From Saccharolobus solfataricus P2 (lineage in GTDB: Archaea > Thermoproteota > Thermoprotei_A > Sulfolobales > Sulfolobaceae), in NCBI RefSeq assembly GCF_000007005.1, contig NC_002754.1: a DNA stretch of 64,000 nt; one strand, given 5' to 3'. The translations under genes and the position numbers were made by a program. Positions 44,049-55,018 of the stretch are shown here, one piece after another. The notes beneath the pieces were generated by a model. It was not told where the DNA came from and made no database searches. It saw only the letters and a list, made by a program, of their open reading frames with translations. How positions within the stretch are numbered: the first letter of the stretch is position 1; the number at the start of each line of letters is the position of its first letter.

Positions 44049-45119
44049 TTAACTCAACTGAGTTGCTAGCTGGTATATCTTATCCCTTAATAATTCAAGA
44101 TTTGTTCTCTTTAAAGCTGATATAGGTATAACGTCGAATATTGGGGAGTATAATTCTTTGGACAGTTTCTCTACTAGATCAAGCTTTTTATATAAATCTC
44201 CATTGATTTTGTCAATTTTATTAAGGGTTACTAGTATAGGCTTACCAGAAACCCCTATTTCTCTTAAAATTTCGAAAGAGGATTGCAAAGTCTCGATTAA
44301 GAGATTTTCTGAGAATGTAGAATCTATTACAAGAATTAACGCATCTGAGTATTTTGCTTCTGATAGAGTGACAAAGAAAGCGTCTACTATTTGTGGCGGA
44401 ATTCCTCTAATAAACCCTACAGTATCGACTAGCATAATCTTTCTATTATTTATGGGGATCGCATATCTTTTAGGAGACATTGTAGTAAATAATTTTGTAT
44501 CCACTTTCTGTGTTAATCCAGTTAGTGAGTTAAATAGTGATGTCTTTCCAGAGTTAGTATATCCTACGATTCCGATAGAAGGAATATTATTTCTCTTATT
44601 AGATTCTATGGATTTTTCTTTAAAAATCTTTATACTTTCTAGTTCCTTCATTAGTTTATTGATTCTCCTTTTGTAAAATTTTATTGTAGATTCTACTCCA
44701 TATGTTCCTGCTCCTAAGGGACCTTGTTGCTCGCCTATTTTTGATTTAGTATATGTTTCTTTTATTATCGGTAGTTCATACTTAAGCCTGGCCAGTTCTA
44801 TTTGCATTTTTGCCTCTTTTGACCCTGCATGTAGTGCAAATATTTCTAAGAGAAGCAGTATTTTGTCTAAGACCTCTTTTCCTTTCAGTTCTCTTCTTAT
44901 ATTTATAAAGTGCCTAGGCTTAAGTTGTTCGAATATAATTAACGTGGAAATTTCCTCATCGTTCTTGATTTGTTGTAGCTTATCATATTGTATATAAAAT
45001 TTCACATTAGGCGATTTTGGTAATTTATAAATACTCGTTACCTTATAGTTAGCCCCCTCAACTAACGCTATTGCCTCTTCCTCAAACTCTTTAGATACAA
45101 AAAGAGCAGCTGTTTTCAC
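44049..45119 (-). CDS. hflX: GTPase HflX
   Basis: GYTNSGKTS, DTVGFI, NKID motifs. Confidence 0.97.
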   Translation of the reverse strand: MKTAALFVSKEFEEEAIALVEGANYKVTSIYKLPKSPNVKFYIQYDKLQQIKNDEEISTLIIFEQLKPRHFINIRRELKGKEVLDKILLLLEIFALHAGSKEAKMQIELARLKYELPIIKETYTKSKIGEQQGPLGAGTYGVESTIKFYKRRINKLMKELESIKIFKEKSIESNKRNNIPSIGIVGYTNSGKTSLFNSLTGLTQKVDTKLFTTMSPKRYAIPINNRKIMLVDTVGFIRGIPPQIVDAFFVTLSEAKYSDALILVIDSTFSENLLIETLQSSFEILREIGVSGKPILVTLNKIDKINGDLYKKLDLVEKLSKELYSPIFDVIPISALKRTNLELLRDKIYQLATQLS

Positions 45120-45613
45120 TTCTTTCCCTCTTTAATATTTACCACGTCCCCTAAAGTTAATCCAGTGTCATCAAATTCTTTCTCGCTTTCTTCGTTATTT
45201 TCTAATGGGGTAACTAGTTTAATGCCAAGGATTTTCTCTAATTGCCTAGCTTGAGAGATTGTAGGTTTCAATTTACCACTTTCAAATCTTTTAACAATGT
45301 TTTCTGATACTTTTAATTTTTGTGCTAGCTGCTGCTGTGAGATACCCAATTGTTCTCTAGCAGTTTTAATAATCTTGTAATAATCTGTTACAATTTCTAA
45401 TTCAGCATTTTCCATTTTGGGTGGTTTAAGAGTGGCTTTCTTACGTGTTTCGCTTTTCTTACTATCTGCCTTTACTATCACTGCATGTTTTCTTATTCTA
45501 TCGTAACACGAATTACATACAGTAATAATTGAGCCTTCATACGACACAGTTATACCTTTACCACGAATTTGAGATCCACATAATTCACAGTATTCTTCAC
45601 TATTAGCTTGCAT
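45116..45613 (-). CDS. mbf1: Multiprotein bridging factor aMBF1
   Basis: N-terminal CELCG...CNSC zinc ribbon, xre HTH, TLGDVV tail. Confidence 0.93.
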   Translation of the reverse strand: MQANSEEYCELCGSQIRGKGITVSYEGSIITVCNSCYDRIRKHAVIVKADSKKSETRKKATLKPPKMENAELEIVTDYYKIIKTAREQLGISQQQLAQKLKVSENIVKRFESGKLKPTISQARQLEKILGIKLVTPLENNEESEKEFDDTGLTLGDVVNIKEGKK

Positions 45614-45685
45614 ATAAATACCTATTGTAAATACTTGTATTAAACGTTTTTAGTCTATGCTAAACAAGTATATATACGGGTTAAA

Positions 45686-46867
45686 TTGTCAGGGGATTTC
45701 GACACAATAAGGGATGCTTCTTCTCCGGATGAAGTTCAATTAGTTAGATTATTAGAAGAAAAAATCAAGTCATTGCAAATTGAAATTGAAAATCTAAGAA
45801 AAGAACTAAATTATTATAAAGCAGAAATGGAAAAAATGTTAAGTCCTCCGCTAATAGAGGCAGTTGTATTGGACGTTTTACCAGACGGTAGAGTTCTAGT
45901 TAGAAGTTCGTCAGGGCCAAATTTGGTAGTAAATATAGCTAGTCATATTGATCAAAAATTAATAAAGCCTGGAATATCTGTTGCCTTAAATCAAAGAGGA
46001 TCTACTATACTGGAGGTTTTACCACAGAAGGAAGATCCAATTGTAAAGACAATGGAAATTATTGAAAGACCTAACGTAACTTATTCTGAGATCGGTGGAT
46101 TAGAAGAGCAAATAAGGGAGTTAAGGGAGGTCGTGGAATTACCTTTAAAGAATCCTGAGATATTTAGGGAGATAGGAGTAGAGCCACCAAAGGGAGTTTT
46201 ACTATATGGTCCGCCCGGTACAGGGAAGACTATGTTGGCAAAGGCAGTAGCCACTGAGAGTAATGCTGTGTTTATTCATGTTGTTGCTTCAGAGTTTGCA
46301 CAAAAATTTGTGGGGGAAGGCGCTAGGATAGTTAGAGAGCTATTTGAGATGGCTAAAAGAAAGGCGCCATCAATAATCTTCATTGATGAAATTGATGCTA
46401 TAGGTGCTAAGAGGATAGATATAGGAACTAGTGGAGAAAGAGAGATACAAAGGACGCTAATGCAGCTCTTGGCCGAACTTGATGGGTTTGATCCATTGGA
46501 TAATGTTAAGATCATAGCAGCTACCAATAGGATAGATATATTAGATCCTGCGTTATTGAGGCCTGGTAGATTTGATAGGATAATAGAGGTTCCTTTACCT
46601 GATTTTAAAGGGAGAACTGAGATATTTAATATATATTTAAAGAAAATGAAAATCGAAGACAATATAAACCTTGAGCTATTATCTCAGCTTACAGAAGGGT
46701 TTAGTGGTGCAGATATTAAAAACGTTTGTGTTGAAGCTGCATATATGGCAATTAGGGACGGTAGGAATAAGGTAACGATGAACGATTTAGTTGAGGCTAT
46801 AAACAAGATTAATGTTAAAAGGAATAAAATGGAAAGCATGAAAGAGAGGCGAGAGAAGTATAGCTAA
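45686..46867 (+). CDS. pan: Proteasome-activating nucleotidase
   Basis: Coiled coil + OB domain + AAA+ ([15 protein letters not shown]). Confidence 0.97.
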   Translation: MSGDFDTIRDASSPDEVQLVRLLEEKIKSLQIEIENLRKELNYYKAEMEKMLSPPLIEAVVLDVLPDGRVLVRSSSGPNLVVNIASHIDQKLIKPGISVALNQRGSTILEVLPQKEDPIVKTMEIIERPNVTYSEIGGLEEQIRELREVVELPLKNPEIFREIGVEPPKGVLLYGPPGTGKTMLAKAVATESNAVFIHVVASEFAQKFVGEGARIVRELFEMAKRKAPSIIFIDEIDAIGAKRIDIGTSGEREIQRTLMQLLAELDGFDPLDNVKIIAATNRIDILDPALLRPGRFDRIIEVPLPDFKGRTEIFNIYLKKMKIEDNINLELLSQLTEGFSGADIKNVCVEAAYMAIRDGRNKVTMNDLVEAINKINVKRNKMESMKERREKYS

Positions 46868-47378
46868 ATATAAAGAGTTTTTAAGTAAACCATCAGAAGC
46901 GAAGTATAATGAGATCTTAACTTTACGTTCTATTGCTGAATATCAATTCGATTATAATGTTTCTAGATGTTTATTCCCCGAGGATCAACACTTTTTAATT
47001 CAAAGATCCTTAAATACAAGGAAAATTAGAAATGTGCTAACTAGTAGGGGAGAATTATATTTAGTATTAAGGGCTCAAGATGTTTTATTTTCTCTTACGT
47101 TGTTAAGCGGGAGTGTAATTAAGGAGTGTTCAAAGTTTCCAGAATATAGGGTTATAATACCTAATAGTTTCGAAGAATTCATAAAAAATGGAAGGAATGT
47201 CTTCTCTAAACATGTAATAGCGGTTGATAAGCGAATAAGGGCTGGAGATGATGTAATAGTTGTGAATGAAAATGACAGTTAATAGCAATAGGTAAAGCTT
47301 AAATTATCCGGAGAAGAAATGATGGAGTATAGAAGAGGTATGGCAGTTCACGTGAAAAGAGGTGTATTAGATGAGTAA
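46860..47378 (+). pseudogene. Stand-alone ArcTGT C-terminal (C2/PUA) domain protein; no canonical start, local compensating frameshifts at about 47277-47297
   Basis: LRSIAEYQF, GRNVFSKHV, IRAGDDVIVVNE and, beyond the stops, LSGEEMMEYRRGMAVHVKRG match archaeal TGT C2/PUA. Confidence 0.75.
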
Positions 47379-48093
47379 CGTTAAGATAGTAATAAAGAAA
47401 GATTTAAGTGAATTAAAAGGTTCTACATTTATAACTGGATTTAGAACTATAGGGGAGGTAGGATATTTAGCAATAAGGCATTTAGCCTTGAAAAGAAAAA
47501 TGGAAAGAATAGGGTATGTTGTTACTAAGTATTATAGAGATGTCACGTTTTTAGATGATTATGGCATTGCAACGCCTTTCGATATATTCTATGATAAGGA
47601 CAAACATTTAGTACTATTACTTAATCATATTTTGCCATTTCAACGTGAATGGAATGATTTCGCTTCATAGGTTATAAAATGGGTTAAAAAATTATCAATA
47701 AACAATATACTTCTTGTAGGAGCACTAGATAAAAGGTATAAGGTCGGAAATGAGAGTTTAAAATGGTTAAAAACATCAAAGTGTAAGCTGAATTTAGATT
47801 ACCCTCAGTTAGACAAGCAATTACTAATGGTGGGTCCATTAGCTTTATTCACTTTACATTCTGAAATTGAAGATTTGCCAGCATTAGTTTTGTTACCATA
47901 TGCAGATCGTGAAAGGACAGATCCAGTAGCAGCTGCAACTGCAATAGAAGTTTTAAATAAAATGCTTAGCTTAAACGTTAGCGTAGATGAATTATATGAA
48001 GAGGCAAAAAGAATAGAGGAAGATTTACAACGGCAGATGGAATTATTGCAGAAAGAGTTATCAAGAGGAAGTGCTGATAGAGTCTATATGTAA
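47371..48093 (+). pseudogene. PAC2 family proteasome assembly chaperone-like protein with one in-frame TAG at 47668-47670
   Basis: [16 protein letters not shown]-terminus; frame stays open after the TAG and joins the ORF at 47827 ([12 protein letters not shown]). Confidence 0.8.
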
Positions 48094-49572
48094 GCCTAGT
48101 TTTTCACAGTTAATTAACTCTACTTTTTGGTAATTATTACGTCTTAAGAACGAAATGATTTTAGTTTTCATATCGTCTATTACATCTTCATCTATTTCAT
48201 TTGGTATCTCGAATTGAGATAGAGGATAAGAATCTGAGATCTCTAACGGTATTAAACCAAAAAACGGTACTGCTATAAATACGTCGCTCTCATTACGATC
48301 AGCTATTTTTTCCCTTATTTTTTCCTTGAAATCATAAGCAGTATCACTTATTGCTTTATCATAGCAATATATGGATATTTTATCTTTCTTTTGTATGTAT
48401 CTTTCTAGAAATCTCGAGTGACGTATAATTTCTGGCCTATGTAAAGAGTTACCGTCAAATAAAAACAAACCTTTTGGATCTCCCCTTATTCTAGGGTCAA
48501 ATTTCTCTAGATAATCCTTATATTTCATCAATCGTTTGAATGCAGAATATACTGCTGGATGAGAGTAAGCTTTTTCTTGGAGATATTCAAATAATCTTCC
48601 TTCCTTAATCGCCTGTTTAGTTGCTTTAAATTCTTCTAAAATAGTATAAAGGTTATGAATAGCCAATGCTTTTGTTCTTTCTTTCTCATTCATTTCAAGT
48701 AAATCCTTAGGTGTGTATTTAGAGCATATTGGACAAGAACATGGAAAATATTCTAAATCCTCTAATTTGTATACGCGTGTCCTAGTAATATATCTATTGT
48801 CTCTGGCATATATTATATATGAAGCAGAGTCAAAACTGTCAACTCCTAACGCTACTGCAAATGGAATGATATGAGGTAACCCTCCTCCAAATAGATGAAA
48901 CGGGATTCCTCTTTTTATGTTAGATTTAGCAGTATAAATCATGTCAATTACAGTATCATACATGTACTTCTCTAAGAGAACTGTTGGGCTACCAAGAGCG
49001 GCCATATTGTATATATGTTCAAATTTAGATAGACCTTCAGCAGAAGTCTTAACTAGATCAAGATATCTTCCTCCCTGTATTGGATATACCCAAATGATAT
49101 TGTTATCTTGATTTTTTACTATGATTTCTGAAGCTTCTTCCGCTCTTTTTAATGTCTCATATACTGTCTTTTTAGCGTTATCATAATCATTTATATTCCC
49201 GGTAGGTAAATCTAATATTACTCCGATATCTGGTTTTATTTTAAGCTGATAATTCACGATCTGGAGATTGGTTATTCCTATTTCTCCATACTCTAGAATT
49301 TGATATGCCCCTGAATCTGTCATTATGATCATTTCTTCAGAGCGTAACTCCTTATGGATATCATCCTTTATATAGTTATTTTTGTATAATATGTAAGAAT
49401 TTGTGATAAAGTTTTTAAATCCTATATTTCTTATCTCATCTATCGATATTTCATCTTTTTTTAATACGTTAATTACTGGAAAGAATGCTGGAGTTTCTAA
49501 GGTACCACTTCTTGTTCTTAAGGTTCCTATTCTCCCTGCTAAGTCCTCATATTTTACTTCAAATACAGTCAT
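48061..49572 (-). CDS. tgtA: Archaeosine tRNA-guanine transglycosylase (lacks PUA domain)
   Basis: [31 protein letters not shown] motifs. Confidence 0.95.
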   Translation of the reverse strand: MTVFEVKYEDLAGRIGTLRTRSGTLETPAFFPVINVLKKDEISIDEIRNIGFKNFITNSYILYKNNYIKDDIHKELRSEEMIIMTDSGAYQILEYGEIGITNLQIVNYQLKIKPDIGVILDLPTGNINDYDNAKKTVYETLKRAEEASEIIVKNQDNNIIWVYPIQGGRYLDLVKTSAEGLSKFEHIYNMAALGSPTVLLEKYMYDTVIDMIYTAKSNIKRGIPFHLFGGGLPHIIPFAVALGVDSFDSASYIIYARDNRYITRTRVYKLEDLEYFPCSCPICSKYTPKDLLEMNEKERTKALAIHNLYTILEEFKATKQAIKEGRLFEYLQEKAYSHPAVYSAFKRLMKYKDYLEKFDPRIRGDPKGLFLFDGNSLHRPEIIRHSRFLERYIQKKDKISIYCYDKAISDTAYDFKEKIREKIADRNESDVFIAVPFFGLIPLEISDSYPLSQFEIPNEIDEDVIDDMKTKIISFLRRNNYQKVELINCEKLGLHIDSISTSS

Positions 49573-50009
49573 AGACCTAATTCCTTTTTCTTTTTATTTA
49601 TATAATCATTATATAAGTCGTAAATTCTTTGTGCCATAGGTCCGCTTCCTTCTACTCCATTCTGTGATACTTTAATTTTTTCTAGAATTGTTACTACACT
49701 TGTTTCATCGTAAACTTTTATATCAGCTGGTCTTAAATTTAGGGATTTTTCAACTAATTCCGCAAATTCTCTTGGCTCAAATAGAGGAGGATTCTTAATT
49801 ATTATCTCAGAAATTGAATTTCCATTTATCATTAACTTATAGAAAGTGTTATTGCTATCATCCTTAACATTTGTTAAACTTATGATAAATGGTGAAAGTT
49901 CATATGCATAAAGTTGACCAGTATATGTTTTACCATTAGTAGTTTTTACAATAACAGTCTTATCTATTAGGTTATTTAATTCGCTCGAGATTCTTCTTCC
50001 ACTACTCAT
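49569..50009 (-). CDS. Sm-like archaeal protein with C-terminal extension (SmAP)
   Basis: Sm1/Sm2 fold plus C-terminal domain ending [10 protein letters not shown]. Confidence 0.85.
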   Translation of the reverse strand: MSSGRRISSELNNLIDKTVIVKTTNGKTYTGQLYAYELSPFIISLTNVKDDSNNTFYKLMINGNSISEIIIKNPPLFEPREFAELVEKSLNLRPADIKVYDETSVVTILEKIKVSQNGVEGSGPMAQRIYDLYNDYINKKKKELGL

Positions 50010-50055
50010 ATTATAGTCCCCAATAACGTTAATAAATTAAAACTTAAATAGTAAT

Positions 50056-50454
50056 ATGATGGAATCAGTGGCACAAGAAATAATTCTAAGTTGTGAAATA
50101 AATAGTATAGAAAGAGGTAGTCTAAAGAATTTATCAATGGTAAACATGTCTTGCAATGGCTTTAATGTAAGTTTTGATATAATTGATAGCATAAACATAT
50201 TTAGTCAAAAAGAAAAGGTAAAGGTTATAATTTCTAAAAATAGACCTTCATATTCTCATGATGACTTCTGTGGACACGGCTATATCGTTACTGAACTTAA
50301 AGATTCTTCTTTAAACAATGGAAATAAATATACAACGATAATTTCATTATATGGTCTTCTAGTAAAGATAATAAGTAATAAAGAAAGCTTCCTTAGAACA
50401 TCTCAGCTAAATATCATGGATCATGTTTACTTTTGCGTGAAGAAAAACAATTAG
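50056..50454 (+). CDS. rpo8: RNA polymerase subunit Rpo8 (RpoG)
   Basis: Resembles Sulfolobales Rpo8 ([22 protein letters not shown]). Confidence 0.85.
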   Translation: MMESVAQEIILSCEINSIERGSLKNLSMVNMSCNGFNVSFDIIDSINIFSQKEKVKVIISKNRPSYSHDDFCGHGYIVTELKDSSLNNGNKYTTIISLYGLLVKIISNKESFLRTSQLNIMDHVYFCVKKNN

Positions 50455-51041
50455 TATGGGATGAATTTATTTTCGTAGTTCCCTTTCTTATCTATTATAG
50501 CTAAATCTATCCCATCTCCAGATGTGATATCACGTTCTATTGATGCTTTTATCGCCTTTGTTATTAATTGTGTTGCTACATCTAAACTCATATTGGGATC
50601 ATATTCAGATTCAAGAACTCCTATTGCTATCCTGGCTCCTGATCCTACAGCAGCGTAATTATCTTCAATTAACGAGCCTATAGGGTCTAACACATAAAGT
50701 TGTGGACCCTTTTCATCGACTCCTCCAAATAGAATTTCTGAAATGAAAGGCATCACTTTATACTGGTATAGTATTACCGAAAGTAATTTAGCTGCAGCAT
50801 GAACAGAGATTGGTTTACCAGTTGAAACCTCATAGTACTTTATTTCTACATTCATTATTCGTGTCAAAGTCTGCAAATCGCCATATATTCCAGCCCCTGC
50901 CATGAGGAATTTATTTATTTTATATACTTTTTTTGCTTGTTTACTTAGTACGTAACCACCATAGCTTAATCGTCTCTCAGAAGCTAATACGATTCCATCA
51001 TTTACCTTCAAACCAACAGCAGTTGCAGGTAATTCTTCCAT
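50451..51041 (-). CDS. psmB: Proteasome beta subunit
   Basis: Ntn fold, GSG and RDITSGDG motifs; N-terminus ATAVG. Confidence 0.95.
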   Translation of the reverse strand: MEELPATAVGLKVNDGIVLASERRLSYGGYVLSKQAKKVYKINKFLMAGAGIYGDLQTLTRIMNVEIKYYEVSTGKPISVHAAAKLLSVILYQYKVMPFISEILFGGVDEKGPQLYVLDPIGSLIEDNYAAVGSGARIAIGVLESEYDPNMSLDVATQLITKAIKASIERDITSGDGIDLAIIDKKGNYENKFIPY

Positions 51042-51075
51042 GCTAGTTTACCCATAATATACTTATAAATGCCAT

Positions 51076-52356
51076 TTATAACGTTTGTTTTATTGCATCT
51101 AGAACGTTCTCTAGTGGGATAGAAATCTGTTTTCGTGTAATTAAATTTCTAACTGTTATCATATTTTTCTCAAGTTCTTGTTTACCTATTATTATTGCGA
51201 GTTTAAATCCTTGGGAAGCATAATAAGGTAATAGTTTAGAGAGAGGCTGATCTTTAGTATTTATTACTACCTTATATTCTTCCTTTCTTAACATTCTGGA
51301 TACCGTAAACATAGCTGGTATTGCCTCCTCTGAGATGCCTACTACTATCACATTTATTGGTTCTTCAACTTTCAGATCTTTAATTACTAATAAAGTTCTC
51401 TCAACTCCTATAGCGAATCCTATTGCTGGTGAGGGTAAGCCACCATAGAGCTCTATAAGTTTATCATATCTTCCTCCTCCAGCAATGCTAAACTGAACAG
51501 AGGGATGAAGAACCTCAAATATTAGTCCAGTATAATAAGCTAATCCTCTTACAAAACCTAGGTCAACCTTAAATTTTACATTTAAGCTGCTTAAAATTCT
51601 AGATAATCGAAGTAGATATTCAAATTCGTTTTTAATATCTAATTTTGAAACTTCCTCTAATTCAGCTAAGGATTCTATATCTTCTAGTTTTGCCTCTTTT
51701 TTAGTAAGGATCATATTTAAAAAGTCCATTATATCCTTATTCTTTATATTTTTTTCAAGAATAACTAAAGCTTCGTCAACCTTATTCTTATCTATTAAAT
51801 GCAGAACATGCTCTTGTAGATTATCTTCGATATTATATTTATCCATTATTTTTCTAAATATACCAATGTTATTTATTTTAATTGTTATATCCTTAGAAAG
51901 ATTAAGCTTATCATAAAAATTGTACAATAAATCTAATACTTCTACATCAGCTAAGATGGAAGAATCACCTATCATTTCTATTCCGGCTTGTCTGAACTCT
52001 CTATATCTGCCGTACTGGGGTTCGTCATACCTATAAACGGTACCAAAGTAAAATAGCCTTATCGGCTTTGGCGAACTCTGTAAATTTTGTATGTATGCTC
52101 TTGCTACACTTGGTGTTATTTCAGGTCGTAACGATATCTCTCTATCTGCCTTGTCCTTAAACACATACATCGTTTGTCTTAGTTCCTCCCCACCCTTCAA
52201 CTCAAACAGTTTAAATTCTTCTACTACTGGCGTTATAATTTCAGAATATCCATATTTTTTTGCTAAGTCTCTAAAGGTAGATTCCAAGTATCTAATTTTT
52301 TCTGCATCGATTCCAATATAATCTTTCATGCCTCTTACTGTTTCAAACTTTACCAT
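51076..52356 (-). CDS. hisS: Histidyl-tRNA synthetase
   Basis: VRGMKD, LRPEITP, GRYREF, RGLAYYTG, GGGRYD. Confidence 0.98.
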   Translation of the reverse strand: MVKFETVRGMKDYIGIDAEKIRYLESTFRDLAKKYGYSEIITPVVEEFKLFELKGGEELRQTMYVFKDKADREISLRPEITPSVARAYIQNLQSSPKPIRLFYFGTVYRYDEPQYGRYREFRQAGIEMIGDSSILADVEVLDLLYNFYDKLNLSKDITIKINNIGIFRKIMDKYNIEDNLQEHVLHLIDKNKVDEALVILEKNIKNKDIMDFLNMILTKKEAKLEDIESLAELEEVSKLDIKNEFEYLLRLSRILSSLNVKFKVDLGFVRGLAYYTGLIFEVLHPSVQFSIAGGGRYDKLIELYGGLPSPAIGFAIGVERTLLVIKDLKVEEPINVIVVGISEEAIPAMFTVSRMLRKEEYKVVINTKDQPLSKLLPYYASQGFKLAIIIGKQELEKNMITVRNLITRKQISIPLENVLDAIKQTL

Positions 52357-52362
52357 ATCCAG

Positions 52363-52785
52363 TCACTTTGACATTTTTATCTCAGATAGAGTATAATACG
52401 TTACATCTCCATATTTATCTACAATTGAAAGATAAAGTTCTAAATTCATTGATTTTGACTGATGTAGTTTATCTAATATTTTCTTAAAACTTACCTTTTC
52501 ATTTTCGTCTACTATCAAAACCATAGCAGTATATCTTCCATTTTCCTTGTCCTTTATTATAAGAGAGTGCTCATCTATACCATCAATCGTAACCCTTCCT
52601 CGCTGTTTTAAGTCAACGAAGACATCAACTTTATCCCAATTTACAAGATAAATTATCTCACTAGGTAACTGTTTAGATGAGTTTAAGGCTGTGTATATCT
52701 TGTCTAAAGTAGTTTCACTTTTCTCAGACATTATAGTCACATTATCAAAAATAAGTATATTCCCCATAAAAGTTATTGTTTTCAT
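52363..52785 (-). CDS. tRNA splicing endonuclease structural (beta) subunit; start ATG 52785 or 52767
   Basis: VFVDLKQRG and C-terminal LSIVDKYGDVTYY beta-9/L10-like region; no catalytic triad seen. Confidence 0.75.
   Translation of the reverse strand: MKTITFMGNILIFDNVTIMSEKSETTLDKIYTALNSSKQLPSEIIYLVNWDKVDVFVDLKQRGRVTIDGIDEHSLIIKDKENGRYTAMVLIVDENEKVSFKKILDKLHQSKSMNLELYLSIVDKYGDVTYYTLSEIKMSK
52711..52716 (+). promoter_or_regulatory. Candidate DNA-damage-responsive element (ANTTTC) upstream of tfb3
   Basis: AGTTTC about 70 bp upstream of the tfb3 ATG, inside the antisense CDS; hexamer is short. Confidence 0.4.
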
Positions 52786-53298
52786 ATGCAATGCCCTGCA
52801 TGTGGTTCGAATGAAATAATTTGGGATAATAAGAACGGAGAAATAGTGTGTAGTAATTGTGGTACAATTATCGACAATATTTACTATAATGGGCAAAATG
52901 AATCAGAGAGTACGGAGATAATCTCAATAAATAATAAGTTTTACAAGGATGATATACAAGTTAAAGAACTGCGAGTTAAAAATTTCTTAAAGAATAATCG
53001 AATAGAAACTAAAAAAATAGATCAGTATGAAATTATCTTAAGATCTATGTTGCTCGATAGTCAATATAAGAAAATATACAAGCTACTGTATGATGAGGGT
53101 ATTTTAAGTGGTTTAAAAGCTAAAAGTAAACTGGGTCTTCTAATCTATTTTAGATTCGCGTTAAATAATGGATATTTACATCTATTAGAAAAATTCGACA
53201 TAAAAAATGAAACCCTTAAAAAAATACTCAAAAGAATTGGTAGAAAACGCTTAACATTACTTTTCGATAAACTTAACGAAGAAAGCGATCGTATTTGA
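52786..53298 (+). CDS. tfb3: Truncated transcription factor B paralogue TFB3
   Basis: N-terminal CPACG...CSNCG Zn ribbon, short C-terminus without the second cyclin fold. Confidence 0.9.
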   Translation: MQCPACGSNEIIWDNKNGEIVCSNCGTIIDNIYYNGQNESESTEIISINNKFYKDDIQVKELRVKNFLKNNRIETKKIDQYEIILRSMLLDSQYKKIYKLLYDEGILSGLKAKSKLGLLIYFRFALNNGYLHLLEKFDIKNETLKKILKRIGRKRLTLLFDKLNEESDRI

Positions 53299-53302
53299 TT
53301 TG

Positions 53303-53320
53303 AGTAAAATTTTTATATAA
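53303..53320 (+). promoter_or_regulatory. BRE/TATA of thermosome gene
   Basis: A-rich segment followed by TTTTATATAA about 35-45 bp upstream of the ATG. Confidence 0.7.
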
Positions 53321-53353
53321 CCTTTTTTTAAGACAGAGTGGAAGGTGCGTAAA

Positions 53354-55018
53354 ATGGCAACAGCTACAGTTGCAACTACACCCGAAGGTATACCTGTAAT
53401 TATTTTAAAAGAAGGATCAAGTAGAACATATGGAAAAGAGGCTTTAAGGGCTAATATTGCTGCAGTGAAGGCAATTGAAGAGGCGCTGAAAAGTACATAT
53501 GGTCCACGCGGAATGGATAAGATGCTTGTTGATAGCTTAGGAGATATTACAATAACAAATGATGGAGCAACTATTCTTGATAAAATGGATTTACAACACC
53601 CAACGGGTAAACTTTTAGTTCAGATAGCTAAGGGACAAGACGAGGAAACAGCTGATGGTACTAAAACTGCTGTAATTCTAGCTGGAGAATTAGCTAAAAA
53701 GGCAGAAGATCTCTTATATAAGGAGATTCATCCCACAATAATTGTTAGTGGATATAAGAAGGCAGAAGAAATTGCGCTAAAGACTATCCAAGAGATAGCA
53801 CAACCAGTCACTATAAATGACACTGATGTACTTAGGAAAGTGGCACTCACATCATTAGGCAGCAAAGCGGTAGCAGGTGCCCGAGAGTATTTAGCTGACC
53901 TTGTAGTTAAAGCAGTAGCGCAAGTAGCTGAATTAAGGGGTGATAAGTGGTACGTTGATCTAGATAATGTACAAATAGTTAAGAAACATGGTGGTAGTGT
54001 TAATGATACTCAATTAGTATATGGTATAGTAGTAGATAAGGAAGTTGTACATCCTGGTATGCCAAAGAGGATCGAAAACGCTAAGATAGCACTTTTAGAC
54101 GCTTCATTAGAAGTTGAGAAACCAGAATTAGATGCGGAGATAAGGATTAACGATCCAACACAAATGCACAAATTCTTAGAAGAAGAAGAAAATATACTGA
54201 AAGAAAAGGTAGATAAGATTGCAGCTACTGGTGCTAACGTTGTAATATGTCAGAAAGGTATTGATGAAGTTGCACAACACTATCTAGCTAAGAAAGGTAT
54301 ACTAGCAGTTAGAAGAGCTAAGAAGAGCGATTTAGAAAAATTAGCCAGAGCTACTGGAGGAAGAGTTATATCAAATATTGACGAATTGACTTCGCAAGAC
54401 CTAGGCTACGCTGCATTAGTAGAGGAGAGAAAAGTAGGAGAGGATAAGATGGTTTTCGTAGAAGGTGCAAAGAATCCAAAATCCGTTAGCATACTAATAA
54501 GAGGCGGATTGGAAAGAGTAGTTGATGAAACGGAAAGAGCTCTGAGGGATGCTTTAGGTACTGTAGCTGATGTAATAAGAGATGGTAGAGCTGTAGCTGG
54601 TGGTGGAGCTGTAGAGATAGAGATAGCTAAGAGATTGAGGAAGTATGCTCCTCAAGTTGGTGGTAAAGAGCAATTAGCTATTGAAGCCTATGCTAACGCA
54701 ATTGAGGGTCTTATAATGATATTAGCTGAAAATGCAGGATTAGACCCTATAGACAAATTGATGCAATTAAGAAGTCTTCATGAGAATGAGACTAATAAAT
54801 GGTACGGACTTAATTTATTCACTGGAAATCCAGAAGATATGTGGAAATTGGGCGTTATTGAACCAGCATTAGTTAAAATGAATGCAGTTAAAGCTGCAAC
54901 AGAAGCGGTGACATTAGTGCTAAGAATAGATGATATTGTAGCAGCTGGGAAGAAGAGTGGAAGCGAGCCCAGCGGTAAGAAAGAAAAAGATAAAGAAGAA
55001 AAATCTTCTGAAGACTAA
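53354..55018 (+). CDS. thsB: Thermosome (TF55) beta subunit
   Basis: GPRGMDKML, TNDGATIL, DGTKT, GGGAVE motifs. Confidence 0.96.
   Translation: MATATVATTPEGIPVIILKEGSSRTYGKEALRANIAAVKAIEEALKSTYGPRGMDKMLVDSLGDITITNDGATILDKMDLQHPTGKLLVQIAKGQDEETADGTKTAVILAGELAKKAEDLLYKEIHPTIIVSGYKKAEEIALKTIQEIAQPVTINDTDVLRKVALTSLGSKAVAGAREYLADLVVKAVAQVAELRGDKWYVDLDNVQIVKKHGGSVNDTQLVYGIVVDKEVVHPGMPKRIENAKIALLDASLEVEKPELDAEIRINDPTQMHKFLEEEENILKEKVDKIAATGANVVICQKGIDEVAQHYLAKKGILAVRRAKKSDLEKLARATGGRVISNIDELTSQDLGYAALVEERKVGEDKMVFVEGAKNPKSVSILIRGGLERVVDETERALRDALGTVADVIRDGRAVAGGGAVEIEIAKRLRKYAPQVGGKEQLAIEAYANAIEGLIMILAENAGLDPIDKLMQLRSLHENETNKWYGLNLFTGNPEDMWKLGVIEPALVKMNAVKAATEAVTLVLRIDDIVAAGKKSGSEPSGKKEKDKEEKSSED

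Noticed and set aside
52786-52896. ORF-track extension of the endonuclease subunit to 52896
   Set aside because: It overlaps the tfb3 zinc-ribbon coding region antisense; ATG 52785 or 52767 is more plausible
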